A stretch of 34,301 nucleotides of DNA from a virus. Below are positions 7,699 to 16,790 of the stretch, piece after piece (within the stretch, counting starts at the first letter, position 1; each line of letters begins with the position of its first letter). The notes below the pieces were generated by a model. It was not told the origin of the DNA. It saw nothing but the letters and a program-made list of their open reading frames with translations, and made no database searches. The position numbers and the translations under genes were made by a program. The DNA is taken from positions 1-34,301 of the IMG/VR virus record IMGVR_UViG_3300025880_000003. One strand, written 5' to 3'.

Positions 7699-8559
7699 TT
7701 ATTTCGCCGCTCGTTTCTGCGCGCGCTTATAGGCCATGACCTTATCCATGTTACCTGTCCGCGCCGCTTCTTCTCGCAGCCGTTCTAGGGTTGAGTCCAC
7801 AGCTCCGCTCGATGGTGCCGTTGCCGATACCGTTCTCTCGGGCTGTGTTGCAGCCTTGCGATTTCCAATCTTCAAATTACTCTCCAATTTTGCCACCGCA
7901 AAGGCAAACTTTACGGGATCGTCTATTGCAGCAAGCTCTTTAGCCTTCTTGGGGTTCTTACCCAAAGCGTAAATCACTAGCGCAGGGTTCTCAGCACCTT
8001 GAATTACAACGCCCTGTTGAACTACGTTAAACATCTGCTGCGCGACTTCCTCAGCATCGTCATAGTCCCTGACCTTTAACTTGGTCTTGGCCTCAACGTA
8101 ACCCTCCAGCTTCGCGTTCCAAGCCTGTTGCTGCTCCTCTTCGGCGCGGCGGGCTTGGCTCTGCTGCTCATCGACGAGTTTCTTACGCTCGTACCAGTCA
8201 GCCAGCGACTGCTCGTATTTCTCGGTGTCGTAATCTAAAGCTTCAAGATTCGGCTTCGGTCCCAAGTTAACAACTGGATTGGTCTCAGTTGACTGGTTTA
8301 CCCGGCTCTCTAATTCTCGATTACGTTTCTTCAACTCCCTGTGTTCGCGTCTAAGCTCTCGGACCCATTCGGGTGCGGCTTGCTCTTCTTGAGGCGGCGG
8401 TTCCTCACCGTCAATGGATACGACTATTTCGTCAGGCTCTTCTGATTCAGCTTCTTCTTCAGGCTCGCCCTCATCGACTTCATCGATGGCTGCGTCCTCA
8501 ATCTCAAGCTCCTCTTCAACGTCCTGCTCTTCTTCGTATATCTCCTCGACTTCTGCCAT
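7699..8559 (-). CDS. Scaffolding protein candidate (286 aa).
   Basis: It lies immediately upstream of the coat gene. It has an extremely acidic N-terminus (EEIYEEEQDVEEELEIED...) and a coiled-coil, charged middle. Confidence 0.6.
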   Translation of the reverse strand: MAEVEEIYEEEQDVEEELEIEDAAIDEVDEGEPEEEAESEEPDEIVVSIDGEEPPPQEEQAAPEWVRELRREHRELKKRNRELESRVNQSTETNPVVNLGPKPNLEALDYDTEKYEQSLADWYERKKLVDEQQSQARRAEEEQQQAWNAKLEGYVEAKTKLKVRDYDDAEEVAQQMFNVVQQGVVIQGAENPALVIYALGKNPKKAKELAAIDDPVKFAFAVAKLESNLKIGNRKAATQPERTVSATAPSSGAVDSTLERLREEAARTGNMDKVMAYKRAQKRAAK

Positions 8560-8616
8560 TTTGTTTGATCCCTGTTAACTCACCCAAGTTCTCGGCTGGG
8601 CGGTTGCCGTAGACCA

Positions 8617-8644
8617 ATTATCACCCTTGTGCAAATTATTTCAA
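8617..8644 (-). promoter_or_regulatory. Sigma70-like leftward promoter for the scaffold-coat unit.
   Basis: On the minus strand: TTGAAA (8639-8644), 16-nt spacer, GATAAT (8617-8622). It lies about 58 nt upstream of the scaffold ATG. Confidence 0.45.
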
Positions 8645-8663
8645 CTTTTTTACATTAAGGGGG

Positions 8664-8688
8664 TTGTTATCTTACCAGTAAGATGAGA
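8664..8688 (+). promoter_or_regulatory. Conserved 25-bp motif TTGTTATCTTACCAGTAAGATGAGA (copy A). Candidate promoter/operator of the counter-oriented gene.
   Basis: 22/25 identical to 21115-21139. It contains inverted arms CTTAC-NN-GTAAG. TTGTTA, a 17-nt spacer and GATACT could act as -35/-10. Confidence 0.45.
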
Positions 8689-8742
8689 TACTCTCTTTGT
8701 CGTCGGGGTTCGGCGGCACTTAACCAGCAAGGAGATATACCA

Positions 8743-9072
8743 ATGGCAACACGAGCAACTTATCAATTCATCAGCGAATGGTCAGGCACTCATACGGCTT
8801 ACATTCACCATGACGGCTACCCTGAAGGTGCGGCGGAATACTTTTATGGCACTTCAACAATTTTAAACATCAACGCTTTTATTCGGTCGAACATTAGAGC
8901 TGAGATGACCGCTTCGCACGAAATCCACGGCGACACTGAGTACCGTTACACAGTTGAAGGCACCCGCCTTATTGCTCAAAATCGCGTTGGTTTCACCGAT
9001 AAATTTGACACGTTTTTTGACGGCAGCGTTGCTGATTTTGTCCAAGGATATCGTTTATCAAAGAGCGCCTAA
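8743..9072 (+). CDS. Hypothetical 109-aa protein. A counter-oriented moron-like gene inside the head module.
   Basis: ATG at 8743 preceded by AAGGAG (RBS). Sequence: MATRATYQFISEWSGTHTAYIHHDGYPEGAAEYF.... Opposite strand to all neighbours. A hairpin follows 10 nt after the stop. Confidence 0.6.
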   Translation: MATRATYQFISEWSGTHTAYIHHDGYPEGAAEYFYGTSTILNINAFIRSNIRAEMTASHEIHGDTEYRYTVEGTRLIAQNRVGFTDKFDTFFDGSVADFVQGYRLSKSA

Positions 9073-9081
9073 TCACACAAC

Positions 9082-9095
9082 GGGGCTTCGGCCCC
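9082..9095. terminator. GGGGC-TTCG-GCCCC hairpin between convergent genes.
   Basis: Perfect 5-bp GC stem with a TTCG loop. It lies between the plus-strand gene stop (9072) and the minus-strand 885-aa gene stop (9109). The U-tracts are poor on both strands. Confidence 0.4.
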
Positions 9096-9108
9096 TTAAC
9101 CTAAACCT

Positions 9109-11766
9109 TTAACGGCCTTCTTGTGAGGTCCAGTCTGGCATTAACCCGGTTTTTTGTTCTGCGAAAACCGTACCCTCTAGCTTGGCTGTCCTGTTTTTGT
9201 CTCCATAAGGACCGTAGTTCAGCCAGCTATTTTGACCCCTAGTTTCTGTCGTCAAAGCTTTTAAAGCATCGCCTGTAAACAACCTAGCGTGAGCCTGCCA
9301 AGCGTTCTCTTCTCCTCTAGCCCTAAAGCCAGCCCCTTCTAAACCATGACCGAAAGCGTCATGAACAGCCCTAAACAAGTCGTTAGCGGTAACCACTTGC
9401 TCTACGCCATCCTGATCCTTCCAGCGTAGCCCGGTATCTTTTAGCATTGGATTCTTAGCAATCGCTGCGCCTGTGATGCCTTTCGTTCCATATCCATCAT
9501 AAGTGCCATAAACAGCCATGCGCTTATTTTCTCGCAAATCGCGCATAGCATTTAATGGATTCCCGTCATACGGGTCGCTGTTTGAATCAAAAAACGAAAA
9601 TTCATAACCGTCATCTGCCAACGCCTGATATTGATAATTCGTTTGCCGAATCAAATCTTCGTAAGCGGCTTTGACTTTCGGGTTGGTTGGGTCATGCGGC
9701 ATATCTTCGTATGCTTGAGCAATCCTTTCTGAACGCTCCCTGTTTACTTTGTAGTATTCCGGTTGTCTGGAGAGGGGGATCCCGGCTGCCTCTGCATATT
9801 TTTCTGCGACTGAGACTAGCCTTGGGTCGGGTCCGGTCGCTCCTGAAATAACCGGCGCACCTTCAAGCGGCGCAAGGCCTCCGCTCGAATAGCGTCCTCC
9901 TCCGTTTCCGGTCCGTTTGGATCCCATTCCATCTCTTGCCTCAAGTCTCCTCTGGGCGCGGACGGATCTCTGACTGGGGCTAATTGCTCTGAACCCGCTG
10001 AGCGTTGCTCCCGGTTCAGCCGAAGTTTCAATGCCATCGCTTCGGCGAACTGCTGGTCGTACTCCGAGTTGCTCATTAACCTTCTCCATACCTTTTGAAA
10101 ATGATCCGGGTCTTGATACCACACCAAGATCCGTAAATAGGTTCTGCTCATAGAACCACAGAACAGCCTGTATATCCTGTTCAGACAAGCCTGTATCCTC
10201 AAGCTTGGCTTTCATCGCTGTAGTGAATTCTTCCATCCTACGGCGTTCTGTTGCGCTTCTAGGGCCGCCCATCGGCAACCCTTTGTTGTCTTTCATATTG
10301 CCAAAGTGACGGTTGTAGGTTCGACTAAACCAAACGTCCTTTGTCGGACCCTCATAACCGTTTAGGTTTAACGAATATTTCCCGGTCTTGTCACCGAGAA
10401 CCATTGCACCTAAATGCATACTGTTCTTGCCGCCACTTAAACCTGAAGGGGCGCCACTTAAACCAGCAGCTTTTCTGACTGCCGTCAATTCTCCTAAAGT
10501 GTGAGGGGACAACCACCAATCGGCAAAGCCTTCTTCACCTAAATCTGTGATCAGCCTGTCGATTACTTTCATACCAGCAGCAACTGACTGTTGCTTTGCG
10601 CCCCAACCGGCTCCCTTCAACCCTTCGGTGACTGCGCCAGCTTTTGGCGGAGAGGTGGGTATCTTACCAGTTTTTTTGTATTGAAGCATCGCTGCTGTTG
10701 CAGCTTTTGTGTTTAGGTCTACGTTATTACCGATTGACGTTGGTGCTGCAATGGCGGTCCAGATCACTCGATCCGTTTCGTTGTTACGCATACTCTTCAG
10801 CGCGGGTATTTCTGCCATCGACTCAAAAGTTGTTTTAACGTCCGTGTCATACCAGCCAGCGCCTGTTTCAGATTGTTTTAGCTGGTAACCGACCTCGTCT
10901 GCTGCGGCGTCTATCGCTGTTCTAAAGTCTGTTTCATCGTATGGATCTAACTGCCGACCATATCGAGCCAAATGATCTTCTTCAAAGTAATCAACTAAGT
11001 CTTGAATTTTAGGTTTTTTGTTGCCCCTAGCCGCAGAAATATTTTTGACCTTCTGAAGCTCCTGCTCTCGGATCGTTTCATCGAATCGTATGGGGGCCGA
11101 ACTGCCGGGTAATTGCGCCCCCAACATCGCTTCTTGTTGAACCTGAACGCCGGGAGTTGATGGCATTTCAAAGTTGACAGGTTGTGCTGTTTCAACAATG
11201 CCGGTTCCCTCGAACACCTCATCGCCTGACATCAAAGAGGTTGGCTTTTCCGCTACATCAGCAGTTGATGAACCTTTACGCCCAGCTCTGCCTATTAACG
11301 GGGCCATCGCGCCCAATCCCTTTAAACCTAGCAAGTTTAACGGGTCACCGATCATTTCAACGCCTGTTGCGTACAGCGGGCTTCCTGTGATGTCCATTGC
11401 CTGCTGGCCCATGTATTCTGCCGGGGCAGTTAGCGGTGACAGTGTTTCACCAAACCTTTGGACGTATTCTTGGCCTTTCTCTGATTGCGGCATGTAAGTC
11501 ATAGCGCGCTGTACGTCTTGAACTGCCTGAGCTGCCTGAGCAGGATCTCGGGTCATTGCCAATTGACCTAAGCCAGCCAATCCAGCAGGAACTGACGCCG
11601 GGAGTGCTGTGCCGATGGTTGCAGCAGCTTCGCCCAATCCGGTCATTGAAGGCGCAGCGTCACGCCGAACTGGTCCGTAAGGCGTCATTATGTAGTCTTC
11701 TGTTCTGCGATCAGTTAGACCGCTCGAACTCAAGATCTGCATCGCTAGTTCGCGCATTGAAGCCAT
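9109..11766 (-). CDS. Large multidomain putative virion/injected protein (885 aa) with an unassigned C-terminal HDAFGH-containing domain.
   Basis: It lies between the portal and the scaffold. Its N-terminal block is shared with the 681-aa protein. It has disordered Gly/Ser/Arg linkers. The C-terminal roughly 230 aa (AYEDMPHDP...NDLFRAVHDAFGHGLEG...GEENAWQAHARLF...TTETRGQNSW) look like a globular enzyme-like domain. Confidence 0.5.
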   Translation of the reverse strand: MASMRELAMQILSSSGLTDRRTEDYIMTPYGPVRRDAAPSMTGLGEAAATIGTALPASVPAGLAGLGQLAMTRDPAQAAQAVQDVQRAMTYMPQSEKGQEYVQRFGETLSPLTAPAEYMGQQAMDITGSPLYATGVEMIGDPLNLLGLKGLGAMAPLIGRAGRKGSSTADVAEKPTSLMSGDEVFEGTGIVETAQPVNFEMPSTPGVQVQQEAMLGAQLPGSSAPIRFDETIREQELQKVKNISAARGNKKPKIQDLVDYFEEDHLARYGRQLDPYDETDFRTAIDAAADEVGYQLKQSETGAGWYDTDVKTTFESMAEIPALKSMRNNETDRVIWTAIAAPTSIGNNVDLNTKAATAAMLQYKKTGKIPTSPPKAGAVTEGLKGAGWGAKQQSVAAGMKVIDRLITDLGEEGFADWWLSPHTLGELTAVRKAAGLSGAPSGLSGGKNSMHLGAMVLGDKTGKYSLNLNGYEGPTKDVWFSRTYNRHFGNMKDNKGLPMGGPRSATERRRMEEFTTAMKAKLEDTGLSEQDIQAVLWFYEQNLFTDLGVVSRPGSFSKGMEKVNEQLGVRPAVRRSDGIETSAEPGATLSGFRAISPSQRSVRAQRRLEARDGMGSKRTGNGGGRYSSGGLAPLEGAPVISGATGPDPRLVSVAEKYAEAAGIPLSRQPEYYKVNRERSERIAQAYEDMPHDPTNPKVKAAYEDLIRQTNYQYQALADDGYEFSFFDSNSDPYDGNPLNAMRDLRENKRMAVYGTYDGYGTKGITGAAIAKNPMLKDTGLRWKDQDGVEQVVTANDLFRAVHDAFGHGLEGAGFRARGEENAWQAHARLFTGDALKALTTETRGQNSWLNYGPYGDKNRTAKLEGTVFAEQKTGLMPDWTSQEGR

Positions 11767-12297
11767 TTAGTAATCCTCTGGATTCAAGTAAAAGTGACGG
11801 CCCGGTACCAATGACTCTGGACCACCCTCGCGCATTGCAGCTTGAGTCTCATAAATCACGCCCAACATGGCCTCTAAAGCTTCTTCTTCGGTCATTCCTT
11901 GCTCTCGTAGGGCAAAGCCAACCTCGTTGTTCATGCGGTCTATATACTGCGTTCTTGGGTCTCTGCCAGACAAAAACTCTTGGCCCTGTTGCAAGTATTC
12001 TTTGCCCTGCAACAGACCACGCATCATTGGTGAGTCTCCGTACCTGTATGACAGCAATCCGTGATTGATTGCATTGAAGTAGTCACCGTAGCGTCCGTCC
12101 TCAACCCGCTCGCGAGCATCAATTATGCCCTCATCGACCTGACGGTTTATAAAGTTCTTTGCAACCTCGCCAATATCTTGACGCTCTTCACCCCTGATTC
12201 CAACCATATTACCCGCAGAATCTATGACATCGTAAATGCCTCGGTCAACCGCCTGCATTATCGGTCTTAAAAACCGTTCTCGCGGGTCTTGGGCCAT
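11767..12297 (-). CDS. Hypothetical protein (176 aa).
   Basis: Its start overlaps the portal stop (TGATG) and abuts the 885-aa gene (TAAATG). I recognised no family. Confidence 0.5.
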   Translation of the reverse strand: MAQDPRERFLRPIMQAVDRGIYDVIDSAGNMVGIRGEERQDIGEVAKNFINRQVDEGIIDARERVEDGRYGDYFNAINHGLLSYRYGDSPMMRGLLQGKEYLQQGQEFLSGRDPRTQYIDRMNNEVGFALREQGMTEEEALEAMLGVIYETQAAMREGGPESLVPGRHFYLNPEDY

Positions 12298-14399
12298 CAG
12301 CGCATGTCTCGGATCATGTCTTGCAGCAGCCGGGCGCTTCTGACGGACTTCTCTTCAGTCTCGTTCTCAACCCGGACGTTGGACTGCTCAATACCGGCTA
12401 GGGTTTCCATCGTTCGCGCCTGCTCAAGCTCAGTGCTAGCGCCGGTTTCTAGGACTCTGGCCTGCTGTAACTCAGCATCTGCAATAGTCTTCACAACGTC
12501 CGCCCGGGCCTTAGCCGCCTTAGCCGTGGCCTCTTCAGCCGCAGCTTGTAGGAACACCGCGTTTGGATCTGGCTGCTGATTCTGCATCGCCGCCATCATT
12601 TCCTCTGCCTCGGCCTCTGTGGGCTGTACAACGCCCATTCTGATCAGCTTCTGACGGAAGAAGTCACGAACCTCACTGATACCTTCTCCCTCCATATTCA
12701 TCATCGCCATCGAGCCTAGAACTGACTGCATCTCAGGGTCGCCAGTGATCTGCATCATCCCGGTCAAAGCCCTAACTGTCGCGCTGCGCTTGCTAGATGA
12801 TGACGGACCAACGTCAACGTCAACGTCAAAGCTTGCCTTAGTAAGATCGTTCTCAGTGATCACCTCGCCAATTTCACTGATCGCTGGGGTCATCAGGGTG
12901 ATCGAGTCAACCGTATCGGTCACATCGATGACCTTCATTCGGCGGTCCTCTTCGACGTACAATTCTTTTGCCATACTCAGCCAAACTTGACCACAGCGCC
13001 GCATGGCCTTGGAAAAGTTGGACATATAAATAAACGTCTGCATGTCTAAACGCGTCTGGATCAGCTCTACGGCCTTACCACTAAGGTTTGACGCCATCTC
13101 GTCGCCCTGAGTCTGGTTGCCCATGATTTCCATCATATCCTGCTCAGTAACTTGCAGTAGCGCAGCCAGTGTCGGCGGAATAGCGGGTGGCTTCGTGTAT
13201 CCAACGGGACCGGCAATCGCCTGCTGACCATTCGCGTCAGTGATTGGGTTTACCAGAAGGTAGGGGTAGTCAACCAAGTTATCTTCTGACCACATCACCT
13301 GATGACCGGCGACCTGTTCGGGTAGCAGAATTGGTTTTTCAATGCTTGAAAGTGCTGAGATCTCTGCGAGCTTGGATAGCTGCATGTTCTTCAGCCTCTG
13401 TGCGTCCTTAGCCAAACGAACGTGTCCCATACATCTTTCGACGTTGTCGATGTACCATCTCTTTCCAAAGGTCGGGATGATTGGGATGCACTTACCAGCA
13501 ATGTAGCCGCAGTCCTCAAGGATCTTAGCGCCGCTCATGACGTACTTGTGAACCTTTTTCTTCTTGACCCGCTTCTGTCGAATCTCGCGGGTTCCAACTG
13601 CTGCGAGCATTTCTTCTAGCTGCTCGTCCTCTTTGAAGTCGTAGGTGGTGTACCGCTCTTCGGATCCGTCTAGCGTCTCAAAGATTCTGACCGTCTCGCT
13701 GATCGTCTCGACCTTGTAATACTCGGCAACGTAAACAACGTCAGGAGTTAGCCAGTCGAACTCTGATTGGTGAACCGTCTTAGGCCAGCTTGCCGGGTCA
13801 TCACCATAGGTCTCGATGTATGATTCATACGTCATCGCGCTGATCACGAAACATTCCGTGGCGTCAGCCTTGTCTTGGCGCTTGGCGTTCAGGTCAAAGA
13901 ATACTGAGGTGTCGGCATCGTATATCGGCTCCATGCGGATCCGCTGCCGGTCGTCTTCGTCGTTCTCCTCGTCCTCGTAACAGGCTCGCAAACGCCAAGC
14001 ACCAAAGCCACCACCCACGGCCTCCTCGAATGCATTGTCGTAAGCTTCGTTAGCGGTTGAGTCCTTCTCATCCGCCCGGTATAGGCCATCACAGACCTCA
14101 GCCAACTTATCATTCGGCTGACCGTCCTTGCTTGTGAAGTCAACGGTGACCCGGTTGTTGCGGTACTCGTTGATGATCCGAATGACACTCAACGCAATCT
14201 TGTTGACCTCAAGCTTAGGCTTGTTTTCAAACTGGCTGCTCAATGGGCCTTCCCACTGGGCACCGTTGATTGAATAAAACCGGCGGTCCTGCAAGCACTG
14301 CAAACGCTCGTCGCGCAGGGCAGACTGGATGGTGTTAAAAGATTTGAGTGCGTCAGCGTGTACGTTGGATAGCCGCTGATCGGTTGTCATTCGAGCCAT
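12297..14399 (-). CDS. Portal protein, P22-like (700 aa).
   Basis: It is downstream of TerL and its size is close to P22 gp1. The long Ala/Glu/Gln-rich C-terminal helix (AEAEEMMAAMQNQQ...AAEEATAKAAKARADVVKTIADAELQQARVLE) is consistent with a portal barrel. Confidence 0.8.
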   Translation of the reverse strand: MARMTTDQRLSNVHADALKSFNTIQSALRDERLQCLQDRRFYSINGAQWEGPLSSQFENKPKLEVNKIALSVIRIINEYRNNRVTVDFTSKDGQPNDKLAEVCDGLYRADEKDSTANEAYDNAFEEAVGGGFGAWRLRACYEDEENDEDDRQRIRMEPIYDADTSVFFDLNAKRQDKADATECFVISAMTYESYIETYGDDPASWPKTVHQSEFDWLTPDVVYVAEYYKVETISETVRIFETLDGSEERYTTYDFKEDEQLEEMLAAVGTREIRQKRVKKKKVHKYVMSGAKILEDCGYIAGKCIPIIPTFGKRWYIDNVERCMGHVRLAKDAQRLKNMQLSKLAEISALSSIEKPILLPEQVAGHQVMWSEDNLVDYPYLLVNPITDANGQQAIAGPVGYTKPPAIPPTLAALLQVTEQDMMEIMGNQTQGDEMASNLSGKAVELIQTRLDMQTFIYMSNFSKAMRRCGQVWLSMAKELYVEEDRRMKVIDVTDTVDSITLMTPAISEIGEVITENDLTKASFDVDVDVGPSSSSKRSATVRALTGMMQITGDPEMQSVLGSMAMMNMEGEGISEVRDFFRQKLIRMGVVQPTEAEAEEMMAAMQNQQPDPNAVFLQAAAEEATAKAAKARADVVKTIADAELQQARVLETGASTELEQARTMETLAGIEQSNVRVENETEEKSVRSARLLQDMIRDMR

Positions 14400-14428
14400 G
14401 ATAAGTCCTCGGTTGTCAAGACCATTAT

Positions 14429-15709
14429 CTACCAGCGATTAGCGGTTGGCAATGGCACAAAATCTTGGGCTGGCGTGACCGGATTGGCTCGCCTAATAGC
14501 CTCGCAAGCGTATCTTAGCGCATCGATCACATGATTCTTCTTGTCCTCAAGAATCGGCAGCACCTGATTGGTTGATGGGTCGGTCTTGTAGCTGTACAGC
14601 ATAAGCTCGTCGATTGTGTGAACACACCTTGGGTGAACCACGATATCGAATGACTTCAGCCACTCGATGCCCTCCTCGACCGACTTCGGACCCTTCACCG
14701 CTGACATGATCTTAGGAAACCCATTTCTCCGCATGTGGCTAATCGTCTCAGGTCTAGCCGAGTCAGCCACGATGGGCCACTTCTCGGATTCAGGGATCTG
14801 CATGAACAGGTCAGGCGTGTCAGTGATCTCACACCCAACCATATACGCCTCAAAATCGACGTAGAGCTTTCTGCCCTCGATATGGCACCGCACCAATACG
14901 GTTGGGTCAACTGCGAAGCCCCAGTCCGCGCCAAGCCTGTGGATCGCATCAGGTGGTGCATCAAACTCCTCAATGCACCAATTCCTAAACACCCGGCTCT
15001 GGCTGTTTTGCAGGTAGGCACCCTTCCAGACGTGCTGGAATTTGTCAGGATCCCGGCGCATGTCGTATTCCATCTCGTCCTTCAGGACATCGGGGAACCA
15101 AGGGTTGTCTTGAAAGTTGACCTCAATAACGACAGATTGAGGCGGCGGATTGTCACCACGCAACAACCAGTTGACCGGGTCGTTTTCGTTTCTGGGGTTC
15201 CAAGTGAACCAGAGTTCGCTGCCGGGCTTTCTGATCGTGGGTCGAAGTAAGCTGAGCGAGGTTTCAGAAAAATTTTGAGCCTCCTCTACCCAAGCCCTGT
15301 CGTAGCCCTCAAGCGATTTTATGGAGTCTGCGGTGTGATTTTGCATACCTTGGAAGATTATTCGCCCGGATCCGCGCCTAGATTTGATGACCGCGTCTTG
15401 AACCTCAAAGAACTCACCCGCGTTAAGCTCCTCAATCTTCAGTTCGAGCAGCCGTTTAACGGATTGGTTCAGGGATTTTTGGATCTCACGAACGCAAACC
15501 GAACTCTGATTCGGGTTCATGATGTGCTCTTCAATCAGCATCTCAGCGAACATATGCGACTTGCCTGAGCCTCGACCACCAAACGCGGCCTTGTACCGGC
15601 AGGGTTCAAACAGGGGCAAAGCCCACTCAGGCGTCTGGATTTCCAGCGTTTTATTTTTTAACGATGACACGCTCAATCCTTTGGATTGAAACGGGAGCCT
15701 GCTCGTCAC
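14429..15709 (-). CDS. terL: Terminase large subunit (426 aa).
   Basis: Walker A GGRGSGKSH. WVEEAQ (Walker B-like). The C-terminal nuclease-like part contains ADWGFAVDPT. The start is uncertain: the ATG at 15709 overlaps TerS by 59 nt. Confidence 0.9.
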   Translation of the reverse strand: MTSRLPFQSKGLSVSSLKNKTLEIQTPEWALPLFEPCRYKAAFGGRGSGKSHMFAEMLIEEHIMNPNQSSVCVREIQKSLNQSVKRLLELKIEELNAGEFFEVQDAVIKSRRGSGRIIFQGMQNHTADSIKSLEGYDRAWVEEAQNFSETSLSLLRPTIRKPGSELWFTWNPRNENDPVNWLLRGDNPPPQSVVIEVNFQDNPWFPDVLKDEMEYDMRRDPDKFQHVWKGAYLQNSQSRVFRNWCIEEFDAPPDAIHRLGADWGFAVDPTVLVRCHIEGRKLYVDFEAYMVGCEITDTPDLFMQIPESEKWPIVADSARPETISHMRRNGFPKIMSAVKGPKSVEEGIEWLKSFDIVVHPRCVHTIDELMLYSYKTDPSTNQVLPILEDKKNHVIDALRYACEAIRRANPVTPAQDFVPLPTANRW

Positions 15710-16067
15710 CGCTCAACTCAAGCTTGTCGCCGTACTTCTTGGGTGCCAGCTTGGACAACAACCACTTGCGGGTATCAACCCTAAGCCGTTGTTTCTGGAC
15801 CATCGCGCTGTCAACCTTGCCCTCGCCGGTCGGGATTAGATCCTCATCGGCAATTGTCATGATGTCATCAGCGATTTTGTCGATCATCGCAGCTCTCGCG
15901 TGTGCGTAGTGTCCGGATAATTCTTGATCTTTATCCACCCAATCCAAAAAGGTTTGCCTTGCGACTCCTGCCATTTGCGAAGCCTGTCTCAAGCTCTTGC
16001 CTTCTCTCATTTGAGTTAGGACTTCAGTAATCTTCTGCTGTTTGTCTGTCTTCGTTGTCATGTTCAC
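15651..16067 (-). CDS. terS: Terminase small subunit candidate (138 aa, N-terminal HTH).
   Basis: It is immediately upstream of TerL. HTH: REGKSLRQASQMAGVARQTFLDWV. The rest is charged and helical. Confidence 0.6.
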   Translation of the reverse strand: MNMTTKTDKQQKITEVLTQMREGKSLRQASQMAGVARQTFLDWVDKDQELSGHYAHARAAMIDKIADDIMTIADEDLIPTGEGKVDSAMVQKQRLRVDTRKWLLSKLAPKKYGDKLELSGDEQAPVSIQRIERVIVKK

Positions 16068-16581
16068 TCTCTTTGATTTTTGCTCGGTACGTTTTGACTA
16101 ATCCTTTGAGGTCGTCAATCGTGTACTTCACTGGATGGTGAGGCCCATCCAACCGTTCTAGTTTTTCCAGCCCAATTCTGTACTCCAGTCTGGGTCGGTA
16201 CTCCATGATGTTACCAGATTTGAAATTATTACACTGCGCGCATTGTTTGTGTACGTTTAGCTCTTCAAACCTTAATTCTGGGTGGCCTCCAACTGACTTA
16301 AAGTGACCCGCGTGCCACTGGCATGGCCCCCAAGTCCCGCAGCTAATGCAGGGCTGTTTGTCATCACGAAGCCGAATCCATTGGTTAAACACCTCCTGAG
16401 CCTTCTTGACCCAGTAACTTCGATCCTTGTCTCGCACCCGTTTCTTCATCTCCCGGGTCTCGGCCTTGACCTTCTTGACTTTGTCTTGGTTAACCAGATC
16501 AATCGAACAGGTTAGGCTGCACACTTTTTGCATCGGTCGCCGGGGTTCAAATGGTTCCTTGCAGGCTTTGCAATTTTTCAT
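16024..16581 (-). CDS. ninG: NinG/Rap-like recombination endonuclease (185 aa).
   Basis: CKACKEPFEP...QKVCS, CISCG...WHAGHF and HKQCAQCN cysteine/histidine clusters are typical of lambda NinG. I set the start at MKNCKACK (ATGA overlap with the upstream ORF). Confidence 0.7.
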   Translation of the reverse strand: MKNCKACKEPFEPRRPMQKVCSLTCSIDLVNQDKVKKVKAETREMKKRVRDKDRSYWVKKAQEVFNQWIRLRDDKQPCISCGTWGPCQWHAGHFKSVGGHPELRFEELNVHKQCAQCNNFKSGNIMEYRPRLEYRIGLEKLERLDGPHHPVKYTIDDLKGLVKTYRAKIKESEHDNEDRQTAEDY

Positions 16582-16790
16582 AATTCTAGGTAATCCAAGT
16601 ACCAGTCCGCATCGGTTTCGTTCCAAAATACAAAGTCGTCAATGGTCTCGTGCGGCTGCATTGATTTTAAAACAAACCAACGCTTGTATTCTTTAACGCA
16701 CCAGAGCATTTGATTCTCAGCCATATCCTTGTCGCTGTAAAACCCGTCGATCAGGCCAGAACGAATATCCTCGATGTACCAGTCGCTCAC
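16578..16790 (-). CDS. Hypothetical small protein (70 aa).
   Basis: ATGA overlaps at both ends (with NinB and NinG) indicate translational coupling. Confidence 0.45.
   Translation of the reverse strand: MSDWYIEDIRSGLIDGFYSDKDMAENQMLWCVKEYKRWFVLKSMQPHETIDDFVFWNETDADWYLDYLEL

Noticed and set aside
9816-10202. A 128-aa same-strand alternative-frame ORF inside the 885-aa gene.
   Set aside because: It lies over the Gly/Ser/Arg-rich disordered linker of the main frame. I saw no RBS and no recognisable motifs. Open alternative frames are expected in such low-complexity, GC-richer stretches. Unlike the methyltransferase case, nothing family-like is encoded.
10661-10671. A third partial copy (ATCTTACCAGT) of the conserved 25-bp motif.
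   Set aside because: Only 11 nt match. The second palindrome arm (GTAAG) and the ATGAGA part are missing. It lies inside the 885-aa coding sequence on the non-coding strand, so it is probably chance.
11556-12068. A 170-aa plus-strand ORF antisense to the 885-aa and 176-aa genes.
   Set aside because: It crosses a gene boundary on the other strand. It has off-frame-like composition (Arg/Ser/Leu/Pro rich) and no RBS.
14695-15250. Two long ORFs within the TerL gene: 108 aa in an alternative minus-strand frame and 171 aa antisense.
   Set aside because: TerL coding is unambiguous (Walker A and nuclease motifs). The extra ORFs have Arg/Ser/Leu-rich off-frame-like composition and no start signals.
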